Part shown: positions 1 to 10,181 of the stretch, piece after piece
Layout: each line of letters begins with the position of its first letter
How positions within the stretch are numbered: position 1 is the stretch's first letter
DNA from: Octopus bimaculoides
Taxonomy: Eukaryota
Assembly: GCF_001194135.2 (NCBI RefSeq)
Contig: NC_068989.1
Location: 75,278,064 to 75,342,063 of the forward strand
Length of the DNA stretch: 64,000 bases
Direction: 5' to 3'
The notes under the pieces: model-generated
Told to the model about the DNA's origin: nothing
Seen by the model: only the letters and a program-made list of their open reading frames with translations
The model's database searches: none
Made by a program: the position numbers and the translations under genes

Positions 1-261
1 AGTTGTCAAAACCTTCCTATAACCAACATGGAGGTTTCTTGCTTTTTTTTTTCTGGAATTTTCTTCCCTCATCTTAATTTACCAGTTCAACATTTAAATG
101 AATTTTTTTTTTTTTGTTCTTTGAAAAATCTTACATTTCAAAAGTTATTTATCTTGACTGGAACTTGAGTGATTGGTTTGATGCAACTGGTTACNNNNNN
201 NNNNNNNNNNNNNNNNNNNNNNNNNNNNNNNNNNNNNNNNNNNNNNNNNNNNNNNNNNNNN

Positions 262-686
262 ATATAAGTACTTTTGGTTATCTCACCCCCATTAAAAAAT
301 TGCCATTAATAAACTGGGTTATCTCCCCACTAAAATACTGAGTTTATGTGGTAACAAGAAATTGAATTAAAACTGTTAGATCCTTTTGATTCAATACTTC
401 AACACATTGTTGACTTTTGGCCTCCTCAATAGGCATGATTTGTTATAAAAATGTTATTAGATTCAATGAGATACTCTTTTACTCTTTTACTTGTTTCAGT
501 CATTTGACTGCAGCCATGCTGGAGCACCGCCTTTAGTCGAGCAAATCGACCCCGGGACTTATTCTTTGTAAGCCTAATACTTATTCTATCGGTCTCTTAT
601 GCTGAACCGCTAAGTGACAGGGACATAAACACACCAGCATTAGTTGTCAAGCAATGCTAGGGGGACAAACACAGACACACAATCAT

Positions 687-717
<31 letters not shown>

Positions 718-1112
718 ATATACGACGGGCTTCTTTCAGTTTCCGTCTACCAAATCCACTCACTAGGCTTTGGTCAGCCCGAGGCTATAGTAGAAGACAC
801 TTGCCCAAGATTCCATGCAGTGGGACTGAACCCGGAACTATGTGGTTGGTAAGCAAGCTACTTACCACACAGCCACTCCTGCACATATAGATGTTTAATT
901 TTTTTCAGTTTTCATGTTTATTAATTTTTTTTTTAGTTTTGTATGTTTTGTTATAAAAATACTATTAGATCCAATAAGATGTGTAATCTTTTTGCTTTTC
1001 ATGTTTATTAATGAAAAAATTTTTTTGTTGTTTTATTGAATGTTAAACAATTTTTTTAGTTGGGGGAGATAACCCAATTTTTTAATGGGGCTAAGATAAC
1101 AATAAGTATTAT
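262..1112. mobile_element. MITE-like element with long imperfect TIRs, interrupted by a family A SINE
   Basis: 262-335 (ataagtacttttggttatctcacccccattaaaaaatt...gggttatctcccc) is an inverted homolog of 1050-1112. Confidence 0.55.
472..885 (-). mobile_element. SINE family A (tRNA-like head, internal microsatellite, (AAAAGAGT)n tail)
   Basis: Reverse complement of the family consensus seen at 9091 and 14335; A-box-like TGGCTGTGTGG and B-box-like GGTTCAGTCCC. Confidence 0.9.
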
Positions 1113-1281
1113 ATATATATATATAACAGATCAGGATTCAATTAAATCGGACACTTAAATAGTAAGGCACTGGGTCGGGCTGAAAAGTAAAATGTGTACA
1201 CAGCAAAAATAGATGAATGTATATGCAGCTTCTAAAGCACAGGCAGAAAGATATTCAGGTTATGTGTACTATTAACTGTAC

Positions 1282-1371
1282 CTGACTGTGTATATCAATG
1301 GCCCTGAGGCAAATCAAGAAATGCACTTTGTATTGAATATACAGTCTGTAATATACTACGGATTTCGGAAC
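1282..1371 (-). other. Candidate 90-nt exon followed by a 102-nt intron-like segment
   Basis: Acceptor ctctttctgaacctgctctttgcag|G, donor CAG|GTACAG, and a downstream acceptor cattttacttttcag| with the next exon starting at 1179. Confidence 0.3.
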
Positions 1372-1451
1372 CTGCAAAGAGCAGGTTCAGAAAGAGGTGA
1401 ATAATAATTGAACAAATAACAACAAATGGATAATGTGTAACTCCACTACAG

Positions 1452-1670
1452 CTGTTTCCAACAAATTTTAAATTGATTAAGGGAGACATTACATCATTAG
1501 AAAAAGCATATTCATTAGGTGAATACATGAGCTACAACAACCAGAAATATTCAAAATCTAACAGGGTGCATCTTCGTGATTCTACGACCCTCGTTGGTCA
1601 TAGAATGAATGTGCTAGTTCAGTTTGGTAGCATTAATGGAGAAAACACGATGTCATATGCGGGTAGCGGG
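1452..1670 (+). CDS. Candidate 219-nt phase 0-0 exon (overlaps ORF 1473-1706)
   Basis: Acceptor ccactacag|, 73 open codons, donor GGG|GTAAGA. Competing splice signals exist on the minus strand. Confidence 0.25.
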
Positions 1671-1819
1671 GTAAGATTTATAGAGATGAAGGAGGTTAGA
1701 GGATGAGGTAGGAGGGAGTCAGATAGCAAAACATCTTGCCCCTACAACTAAGATAGAGTTAGTTTCTTTTATCCTTTAATTCTATTCAACAAGCGGTTTG
1801 AGGGTTAAATGCAACTCAC

Positions 1820-1859
1820 CTTTATGGTCGTTTGGTTTTAAAAGGGGACATATAGAAGG
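1820..1859 (-). other. Candidate 40-nt exon
   Basis: Acceptor tttacttatttgacag| and consensus donor AAG|GTGAGT. Only one frame is open (PSICPLLKPNDHK). Confidence 0.3.
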
Positions 1860-1960
1860 CTGTCAAATAAGTAAATATATAGATAACTGGGTGACCTTAT
1901 CCTTTGTATTTAACCCTATATATATATCATCATCATCATTGTTTAAGCGGACGTTAAACA

Positions 1961-2026
<66 letters not shown>

Positions 2027-2029
2027 CAA

Positions 2030-2424
2030 ACTATTTCCAAATTTAATAGAGCTGTGGCCATGCTGGGGCACCACCTTGAAGGGTTCTTTTTTTCAGTTGA
2101 ACCAATCAGCCCAGGGACTTTTTTTTTAAGCCTGGTACTTATTCTGTTGGTCTCTTTTGCTGAACTCCTATGTTATAGGGATGTAAACACACCAACACCA
2201 GTTGTCAAGCAGTAGTAGGGGCCGAACACAGACACAAAGTCACACACACACACAAATATACGATGGGCTTTTTACAGTCTCTGTCTCCCAAGTTCACTCA
2301 CAAGGCTTTGGTCAGCCCAAGGCAATTGGAGAAGACACCTGTGCAAGGTACCGCACAGTGGGACTGAACCTGGAACCATATGGTTGGGAAGCAAACTTTT
2401 TATCACACAGCAATACCTGCACCT
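2030..2424 (-). mobile_element. SINE family A, diverged
   Basis: Homologous along its length to 472-885. Confidence 0.85.
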
Positions 2425-2752
2425 ATATATAATGTAACTCCTACTAAATGTATTGAGCATAATTTTTTTTCATTTGTCCCCTCACTCGTACACACACACA
2501 CACACACACACGCACACACATATATATGCATATATGATACATATAGACGTATATATATATACATACATACATATATGCATGTGTATGTATATTGACAAAA
2601 AATTATTCAGTTATTTTTACAATAGCCTTTTCTTATTTTTTTTTTTTAGTGGAGTAGGAAATTGCTTGGAACCATAGAATCATGGAAACACCCACTAACT
2701 TAATGATGTTAAATGCTCCCTTCATTCCAACCACCCCAATTTGCACGCATGC

Positions 2753-2863
<111 letters not shown>

Positions 2864-2932
2864 CAAACACACCCTGGGTTACACCTATATGCACACAAAT
2901 CTAAATGCTTCCCTTGTCTCTTATCTCCATAG

Positions 2933-2992
2933 GGTCAAATTAAAGAGAGGAATTTATCAGCCGTTCTGTTGGCGCTAAAGGCAGCTATGTAA
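2933..2992 (+). CDS. Candidate terminal exon (GQIKERNLSAVLLALKAAM*)
   Basis: Strong acceptor cttcccttgtctcttatctccatag|G, stop TAA at 2990-2992, AATAAA at 3024-3029. Confidence 0.3.
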   Translation, partial: GQIKERNLSAVLLALKAAM

Positions 2993-3094
2993 TACAAGAT
3001 TATAAGTTACTGGTTCGGTTTGTAATAAATACACCTTCCTGATTCCTAGGTGTGTCTTCAGAGCTTATAGTATCTTAGAAACTAAAACATAGAT

Positions 3095-3190
3095 TGACCC
3101 AACCGACCTACCAGCCAACAAACTGACTGACCAACCTGCCAACCTGCCAACCAGCCAGCCAGCAAACTAACCAACCAGCAAATTACTAAC
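3095..3190. repeat. Degenerate tetranucleotide repeat (ACCA/GCCA/ACTG)
   Basis: aaccgacctaccagccaacaaactgactgaccaacctgccaacc... Confidence 0.7.
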
Positions 3191-4367
3191 AGACTGCAGT
3201 TGTGAATTTGGGAGAGTCAGGCATATTTATTTCCTTTTAGCACCTCACACCTCAAACACTGGGTGCTTTAAAATAGATTCACATTCTATATAACTTTGTC
3301 TTTTTTATGTTCTCTATTTTGTCAAAGAATCTAGAATATACATCATTGATGACAACTGGTTTTAACACTTTATTTATTATTATTATTCGAGTTCACATTC
3401 CACCTAGGTTGACTTTGCCTTTCATCCCTTTTGGAGTTGATGAAATAAGTACCAGTTAAACCCTAGGTTCCATGTAATCAAATAACCCCATCCACCAGAA
3501 AAATTTTCAGGCTTTGTGCTTATTGTCATCATCATCATCATCGTTTAACGTCCGCTTTCTATGCTAGCATGGGTTGGACGATTTGACTGAGGACTGGTGA
3601 AACCAGATGGCTACACCAGACTCCAATCTGATCTGGCAGAGTTTCTACAGCTGGATGCCCTTCCTCACGCCAACCACTCCGAGAGTGTAGTGGGTGCTTT
3701 TACGTGCCACCGGCACAAGGGCCAGTCACATGGTACTGGCAACGGCCATGCTCAAGATGGTGTTTTTTACATGCCACCTGCACAGGGGCCAGTTTAGCGG
3801 CACTGGCAATGACCTCACTCGAATGATTTCCTAACGTGCCAGTAAGGCGACACTGGTAACGATCACGCTCAAATGGTGCTATTTACGGGCCACTAGCACG
3901 GAAGCCAGACAGCCACGTTAGAGCACTTTTCTAACGGCTGACAAGGGAGACAGGCGCCCCCCCCCNNNNNNNNNNNNNNNNNNNNNNNNNNNNNNNNNNN
4001 NNNNNNNNNNNNNNNNNNNNNNNNNNNNNNNNNNNNNNNNNNNNNNNNNNNNNNNNNNNNNNNNNNNNNNNNNNNNNNNNNNNNNNNNNNNNNNNNNNNN
4101 NNNNNNNNNNNNNNNNNNNNNNNNNNNNNNNNNNNNNNNNNNNNNNNNNNNNNNNNNNNNNNNNNNNNNNNNNNNNNNNNNNNNNNNNNNNNNNNNNNNN
4201 NNNNNNNNNNNNNNNNNNNNNNNNNNNNNNNNNNNNNNNNNNNNNNNNNNNNNNNNNNNNNNNNNNNNNNNNNNNNNNNNNNNNNNNNNNNNNNNNNNNN
4301 NNNNNNNNNNNNNNNNNNNNNNNNNNNNNNNNNNNNNNNNNNNNNNNNNNNNNNNNNNNNNNNNNNN

Positions 4368-4401
<34 letters not shown>

Positions 4402-5199
4402 TATCTTTTAATCTTCATTTTCTACACTGGTAAAGGCTGGATGGTTTGACAGGATCTGATGAGCAGGAGGACTGTGCTGAGATCCAATGTCTGCTTTGTA
4501 TGTGTATGTGTGTGTACATAGGTGTCTATGGGTGTGCGTGTCTTTGCGTTTGTGTTTGTCACCCCACTGCATCACAACCAATATTGAGTTGTATACATCC
4601 CCAAAACTTAGCAGTTCAATAAAAGATTCTGATAGAATAAGTACCAGACTTAAAACAAGTACTGGGCCAATTTGTTCTACTAACACTACAAGATATTGCT
4701 CCAGTATGGCAGCAGTCCAATGACTGAAACAAAGGAAAGAGTGAGAGAGTCACATTTAATTGCTCAACTGACACTACAAGGCAGTACCGTAGTCCTCCAA
4801 CATGGCTGCAGTCCAACAACTGAAATTATTGAAATTATTAAAAGACTAATTATTCTTCACCATTTTATCATTTTTCAGTTGATGGGAAACAACACCAATA
4901 AAAGAAACACTCACAATTCTCTGAAAAACAAACGCACACACATACACACACACACGAACAAATATACCCCAAAATGTACTCATTCACTCTTATTATTCAT
5001 TCTTCATTTTATTTTGTTTTTTGTTGTTGTTGTTGTTGTTTATTTATATACATTTTGTTTTTCATCAATTCATTGATGAAAAGATGTATAGCATTAAAGA
5101 CCTAAAAAGTTTACACTCTACACACATGTTCAGTTCATTTCTCTATAAACTGTCATAAATTGTAACTAACACAGTAATTAATATCATAACTATTGTGTT

Positions 5200-5236
<37 letters not shown>

Positions 5237-5265
5237 TGCACATATTCATATACATACATACATAC

Positions 5266-5296
<31 letters not shown>

Positions 5297-5379
5297 CATA
5301 CATACAAATATATATATATACAAACACACACATACACACACATATACGCACTATCATACAATTACCAAAGCTAGCTTAC

Positions 5380-5469
5380 TGGTGGCTGGCTTTGAAGAAT
5401 TGGTTATATTTGGTATTCTGTTAGCGGTGCATCGTTTTGTCTGAGACATTATCATTAGTAACAGTCCAT
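5380..5469 (-). CDS. Candidate symmetric phase-1 exon, 90 nt (DGLLLMIMSQTKRCTANRIPNITNSSKPAT)
   Basis: Acceptor tatctatttacaaacag|, donor A|GTAAGC, one open frame. Confidence 0.25.
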
Positions 5470-5558
5470 CTGTTTGTAAATAGATACAACAACAATGTTG
5501 TTGGGAGAGACAGGGCTTTATTGAGCTAAACAGCTGGAAGCATTGTAAATTGTTGTTG

Positions 5559-5589
<31 letters not shown>

Positions 5590-5593
<4 letters not shown>

Positions 5594-5945
5594 GAGTGAG
5601 AGAGCAGCGCATGCCATCAAATGACACTGGGGTATAAATATAAGAAGCCCAGTATACCCATCATGACTACCCGTCTGATAAGGGTACACCAGTCACATGC
5701 ATCACAACCATATGTGCACGACATGGTGATCTCATATCAAGATAATCAGCGTATAACTTTGATGTGGAGCCTAGTTAGAATTTTCTTCAGGTTGAGTAGC
5801 TCATCCCACTCAAAGGTTTTTGAATGAGGCTTGTTGAAGGATGTTGAATGAAACATCCATGTTTCCAAAGATGAATAATTCAAATGTTAAAGAATTCCTC
5901 TCAATACATAGCTATGATGCTCTCCCACTACTTCTGCTTGATAGC
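5590..5945 (-). mobile_element. Interspersed retroposon-like repeat ending in an (AAT)n tail
   Basis: Minus strand ends ...gcgctgctctctcactc followed by (aat)n. No ORF; family recalled as common in octopus, not verified. Confidence 0.5.
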
Positions 5946-7595
5946 AGTGCTATTCCAAAAATCCTTAGATCTTGAAGTAAAGGCAATCTTCTTGGACCTG
6001 GGCAGCAGGTTGGTGGTCCTAGATTGAATGGTAGTGAAGGTGGCGCCCTTAGACTAGTGGTCGTCTATGCCCTGACAGTGGCTGTAAGGTCAGAACTCTT
6101 CAGGTGTCTAGAAACATTCTTAGGAATGTCTTGCATTTTAGTACTAGTACGGGACTGGAATGGGATTTTGGATGCATGGAAGGACAGAAGTGGGTGCAAA
6201 AGCCTCAAAATCCTACTCAGAGACTTCCAATTATCTTCTAGGTATCGACTGGATTTCCCTGATGTACCAGTGCGGACATGGAGCAACCACAATGGGTCAT
6301 CCAGATTGTATCTAAATAAAGTATTTGTTAGGTCAGAGGATAAGGATAATGTAGGTTGTCCACAATTTAAATTGGGTGGCTACACAGACCACAAGTTTGT
6401 GATCTGTACAGTTGAATCAGATAGAACCTGTAGACAGGGACCTGGTTACTGGAAGTTAAAAGTGTCTTTTCTGGCATGCAAAGACTACAGGGACCAGACT
6501 AGTTAAGTAGCAGTTGATGGGGGGGCAATTGCCAACAACTGATGATGTGTCGCCCTGAAGAGGGTGATTAGAGCAGAATCGATAGTGTTTAGCAAAGAGT
6601 TAGCAATAGAAAGGAATAGATTAGAGGGTGAACTAGTTAGCAAATTAGAAAAGGCAATTAAAAAGAGCATGGCAGCTGATGTGTTAGCAGCAAGAATGAT
6701 CCTTGACCATTTCTTCGAAGTTAAACACAGAGGTTGCATTGTCAGAGCTAAGGCCCATGTGCTCAAGCAGGAAGGAACTGAAGCTGTCCAAGGAGCCCGA
6801 GTGGTGGAGATGTGGAAACGAAACCATGATCAGGTCTTTGACGGATTGGGATGGGCATGTGCTATGCGGCTCTGAGCAGATCTGTGTGATTTTTCAGCAG
6901 CACTTTGCACAGCTGTTTGGAGAGGGTGCTGGGTTAATGATGGTACTGGACTTTAGTTTGTATCTGGACGGCTGATGTGAGGTTATGTGAAAAGCCAATA
7001 ACAGCCGCCAAAATTTGGAAGGCAATGAGCAATTTCACAAATCACAGATTGCCTGGTTTGGATGGTCTGCCCAATGAATTCTATGTATACATGCCAGATT
7101 TGTTTGGTAACCTTTTGGCAGACGTCTACTGCAACTGACAAAAGAACAGGAGAATTCCTAGAACTGTTAGCAGAGGTGTGGTGACACTGCTGAGGAAAGA
7201 TGCCAACAATGGAGGACATGCTAGAGAATTTTGGCCCCATAACTCTGTTAAATAGAGTTTAAGATTTTGGCCAAGGTGTTAGTGAAAACACTGGTGCTTG
7301 TTGTCAGTAGCATGGTCAAAGAAGTGCAAATATGTGCAATCCTGAGCAGGTCTATCCATGATAACCTCCACCTAATGCTATACATCATAGAGAGGGCTGG
7401 GACCAAAGATGGTTTTGGGGGTGCTCTGATCAGTTTGGATCAATCAAAAGCATTCGATAGGGTTGAACATCGCTACTTGGAAGCTGTCCTGAAAGCAGGC
7501 GATTTCGGACCCATTTTCAGAGGCTGGATCGCTGCAATGCACAACAGCACCTATTCAGTGGTCAAAGTAAATGACCACTTATTGGAGCCATTTGG
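5946..7595 (+). mobile_element. Degenerate L1/Tx1-clade non-LTR retrotransposon ORF2 (APE endonuclease to reverse transcriptase)
   Basis: APE motifs LVVVYA, LVRDWNGILD, SRLYLNKVFV, TDHKFV, GPGYWKL. RT motifs PGLDGLPNEFY, RGVVTLLRKD, PITLLN, LISLDQSKAFDRVEHRYL. Multiple stops and frameshifts; truncated before the YADD region. Confidence 0.9.
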
Positions 7596-7629
7596 CATTG
7601 CATACTTGGTCTGCTTTTGTTCTAGACAA

Positions 7630-8212
7630 AGAAAGCAAATAAGCTACCAAGATATTGCAAAACTTTTGACTCAACACAATAGAAAGCCCTACAGACCCAG
7701 TACATAGAAAGTCCTATAGACCAATAAGCCCTACTCAGGTCAATGTTTCTAACATTCTGCCACTGATCAGTCAGGAATCCCTTCAACTTTTCTTTCAAAG
7801 ACATATGGAAAACCCTTTCTTCCATTGTAAGAAAAGGAACAGGTGTATGTCAAATTTCTCTTTACCTTTTCTCGAATAAATTCTTCAGGCAAGAAAGCCC
7901 CCTATTATTAATATACTTAGTCCATATCTTCTTTTCCTTCGGCTGACTCCTTTTGATCAACAATGCTTGCAATAGAGTACTGCTGCTATTGTTGTTGTTG
8001 TTGTTGTTGGTGGTGGTTATGGTGGTGATGGTGGTGGTGATGTTTTGTGCCTGTTTCTTCTGTGCAAACGCAAAGTTTGAAACTGTTTGTTTTGTAATTA
8101 CATTGTCTAAGTTTCCTTTTTTTATATATGCTTTTATGCTTGGCAATAATCGAGGCCACTGCTACCACCATTGTAGTGAGCACCTCTTCCTTCTACTTCT
8201 GTGACAGCCATC
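7630..8212 (-). mobile_element. Decayed Harbinger-like transposase 5' part
   Basis: Stitched translation EEVLTTMVVAVASII...KKIWTK...KNLF...PFLTMEERVFHM...VLQYL resembles the N-terminus of Harbinger transposases as I recall them (W.K...NL..ELR...FLRM...F...LQYLF). Interrupted by a trinucleotide repeat. Confidence 0.45.
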
Positions 8213-8452
8213 TTGCACCATGAGTAAATATTGTATGCAATTAGCCCATAGCAGAAATATTTACAATTAAAAGACAATATTTTTATAAACCATTTATTTC
8301 TCATCCAAGAGTAATGGGGTAGATAGTCAAATATTCCAAAACCCTTCAGTAGCAAACTGAACCAAGAAAGGAAAAACTCTTTTCATTAAATAATCCAGTT
8401 AAAAGAGGTTTGTTAGTGAGTCATTTGTTTGAACATTCAATAATATGTTGTG

Positions 8453-8804
8453 TTGGCACTCCGTCGCTTACGACGTCGAGGGTTCCAGTTGATCTGATCA
8501 ACGGAACAGCCTGCTCGTGAAATTAACGTGCAAGTGGCTGAGCATTCCACAGACACGTGTACCCTTAACGTAGTTCTTGGGGATATTCAGTGTGACACAG
8601 TGTGACAAGGCTGGCCCTTTGAAATACAGGTACCACAGGAAGAAAGAGTGAGAGAAAGTTGTGGTGAAAGAGTACAGCAGGGTTCGCCACCATCCCCTGC
8701 CGGAGCCTCGTGGAGCTTTAGGTGTTTTCACTCAATAAATACTCACAATGCCCAGTCTGGGAATCGAAACCGCTGCCCTAACCACTGGGCCATTGCGCCT
8801 CCAC
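8453..8804 (-). mobile_element. SINE family C (tRNA-like head ggaggcgcaatggcccagtggttaggg, tail ...ggagtgccaa)
   Basis: A and B boxes TGGCCCAGTGG and GGTTTCGATTCCC. Other copies at 22862-23187 (-), 45775-46023 (-) and 52206-52348 (+, internally deleted). Confidence 0.85.
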
Positions 8805-8834
8805 AATTCAATAATAATAACAATAATATTTTCT

Positions 8835-9040
8835 ACTATAGGTACAAGGCCTGGAATTTGGTGAGGAGGAGGCCAATAGATTACATTTACCTTACTACAC
8901 AATTGGTATTTTTGTTATCAATCCTGAAAAGAAGAAAAGCAAAGTCGGCCTGGATAGAACTTGAACTCAGAACCTAAAGACAGATGAAATACTGCTAAGC
9001 GTTTTGTCTGGCTTGCTAATGATGCCATCAGATTGCTGCC
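8835..9040 (-). mobile_element. SINE family B (tRNA-like head plus GTCGACTTTGCCTTTCATCCTTTCGGGGTCGATAAATTAAGTACCAG central domain)
   Basis: Central domain resembles the pan-metazoan Meta-SINE domain as I recall it. Other copies at about 3375-3525 (+), 9490-9930 (+, two), 11190-11400 (-, TSD tggaacataaatt), 20300-20510 (+), 24320-24530 (-), 40360-40475 (+) and 44405-44620 (-). Confidence 0.8.
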
Positions 9041-9090
9041 TTGATAATTATTATTAAATGAGGTAGTGAGCTGGCAGAATTGTTAGCATA

Positions 9091-9249
9091 GGCGCAGGAG
9101 TGGCTGTGTGGTAAGTAGCTTGCTTACCAACCACATGGTTCCGGGTTCAGTCCCACTGCGTGGTACCTTGGGCAAGTGTCTTCTACTATAGCCTTGGGCC
9201 GACCAAAGCTTTGTGAGTGGATTTGGTAGACTGAAAGAAGCCCGTCATA

Positions 9250-9294
<45 letters not shown>

Positions 9295-9488
9295 TTGTCC
9301 CCCCCACCATTGCTCGACAACCGATGCTGGTGTGTTTACGTTCCTGTAACTTAGCAGTTCGGCAAAAAGAGACCAATAGAATAAGTACTAGGCTTACAAA
9401 GAATAAGTCCTGGGGTCGATTTTCTCGACTAAAGGCGGTGCTCCAGCATGACCACAGTCAAATGACTGAAACAAGTAAAAGAGTAAAA
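9091..9488 (+). mobile_element. SINE family A, full length, inserted into the head of a family B SINE
   Basis: ggcgcaggagtggctgtgtggtaagtagcttgcttacc...(TA)n(TG)n...gaaacaagtaaaagagtaaaa. B head at 9059-9090 resumes at about 9490. Confidence 0.9.
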
Positions 9489-9947
9489 CAGTATACCAGA
9501 CAAAATTTTATTTCATCTGTCTTTACATTCTGAGTTCAAATTTGGCTGAGATCAACTTTACTTCTTATCCTTTTGGGGGGGTCAATAAAATAAGTACTGG
9601 TTGAGTACTGGGGTCAAGGTAATCGAGTAGTCCCCTCACCAAAATTTCAGGCTTTGAGGTGATAGTAGAAAGGATCATCATCACCATCATCATCATCTTC
9701 ATCATTAATAAGGTTGTGAGTGTGGTGAATTAGCAGAATCATTAGAGACTCAGACAAAATGCTTTGCGGTATTTATTCCATCTCTTTTAAGTGCTGAGTT
9801 CAAATTCCACTGAGGTCAATTTCTCTTTCATCCCTCTGGGGTTGATGAAATAAAGTACCAGTCAAGTACTGAGGTTGATGGCATCAACTAATCCACTTCT
9901 TCAAGACTTCAGGCTTTGTGCCTATGTTAAAAACAAGTATTGTCTTT

Positions 9948-10024
9948 AGTAGTGGTAGTAGTAGTAGTAGTGGTGGTGTTGGTGGTGGTGGTGGTGGTGG
10001 TAGTGGTGGTGGTGGTGGTGGTTT

Positions 10025-10056
<32 letters not shown>

Positions 10057-10058
10057 GT
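9948..10058. repeat. Compound (GTA)n/(GTG)n trinucleotide repeat
   Basis: Direct reading. Similar trinucleotide tracts at about 1960-1995, 5545-5592, 7990-8040, 37565-37800, 39295-39360, 41040-41100 and 45117-45250. Confidence 0.9.
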
Positions 10059-10181
10059 TCACTGTGAAGTGCATGCGGCATTTGGTAAATGCATGAAGCC
10101 GGAATGTAATTCAATACCCCCGTTTTTAAGAGCTGATTTCCTTTTAGAACTGCCACCATCTTTTTTGTTGTTTCTTCCTGT
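10059..10181 (-). CDS. Candidate exon (TGRNNKKDGGSSKRKSALKNGGIELHSGFMHLPNAACTSQ*)
   Basis: Long pyrimidine tract cttctcttttatttccttctgtttacaag| with a second AG 4 nt downstream. Could be a terminal exon, or a 60-nt phase-1 exon 10118-10177 using donor G|GTATTG. Confidence 0.35.
   Translation of the reverse strand, partial: TGRNNKKDGGSSKRKSALKNGGIELHSGFMHLPNAACTSQ

Noticed and set aside
3597-3797. Recurrent short ORFs such as MKPDGYTRLQSDLAEFLQLDALP and RRASFSFRLPNPLTRLWSARGYSRRHLPK
   Set aside because: Chance frames in non-coding SINE/retroposon families D and A; frames and stops vary between copies.
7622-7825. Resemblance of MSLKEKLKGFL to a potassium-channel N-terminus
   Set aside because: Only a few residues match; the wider context fits a decayed Harbinger transposase better.
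9091-9170. tRNA genes at SINE heads
   Set aside because: A/B boxes are present, but I could not form a full cloverleaf and each head continues into a SINE body.
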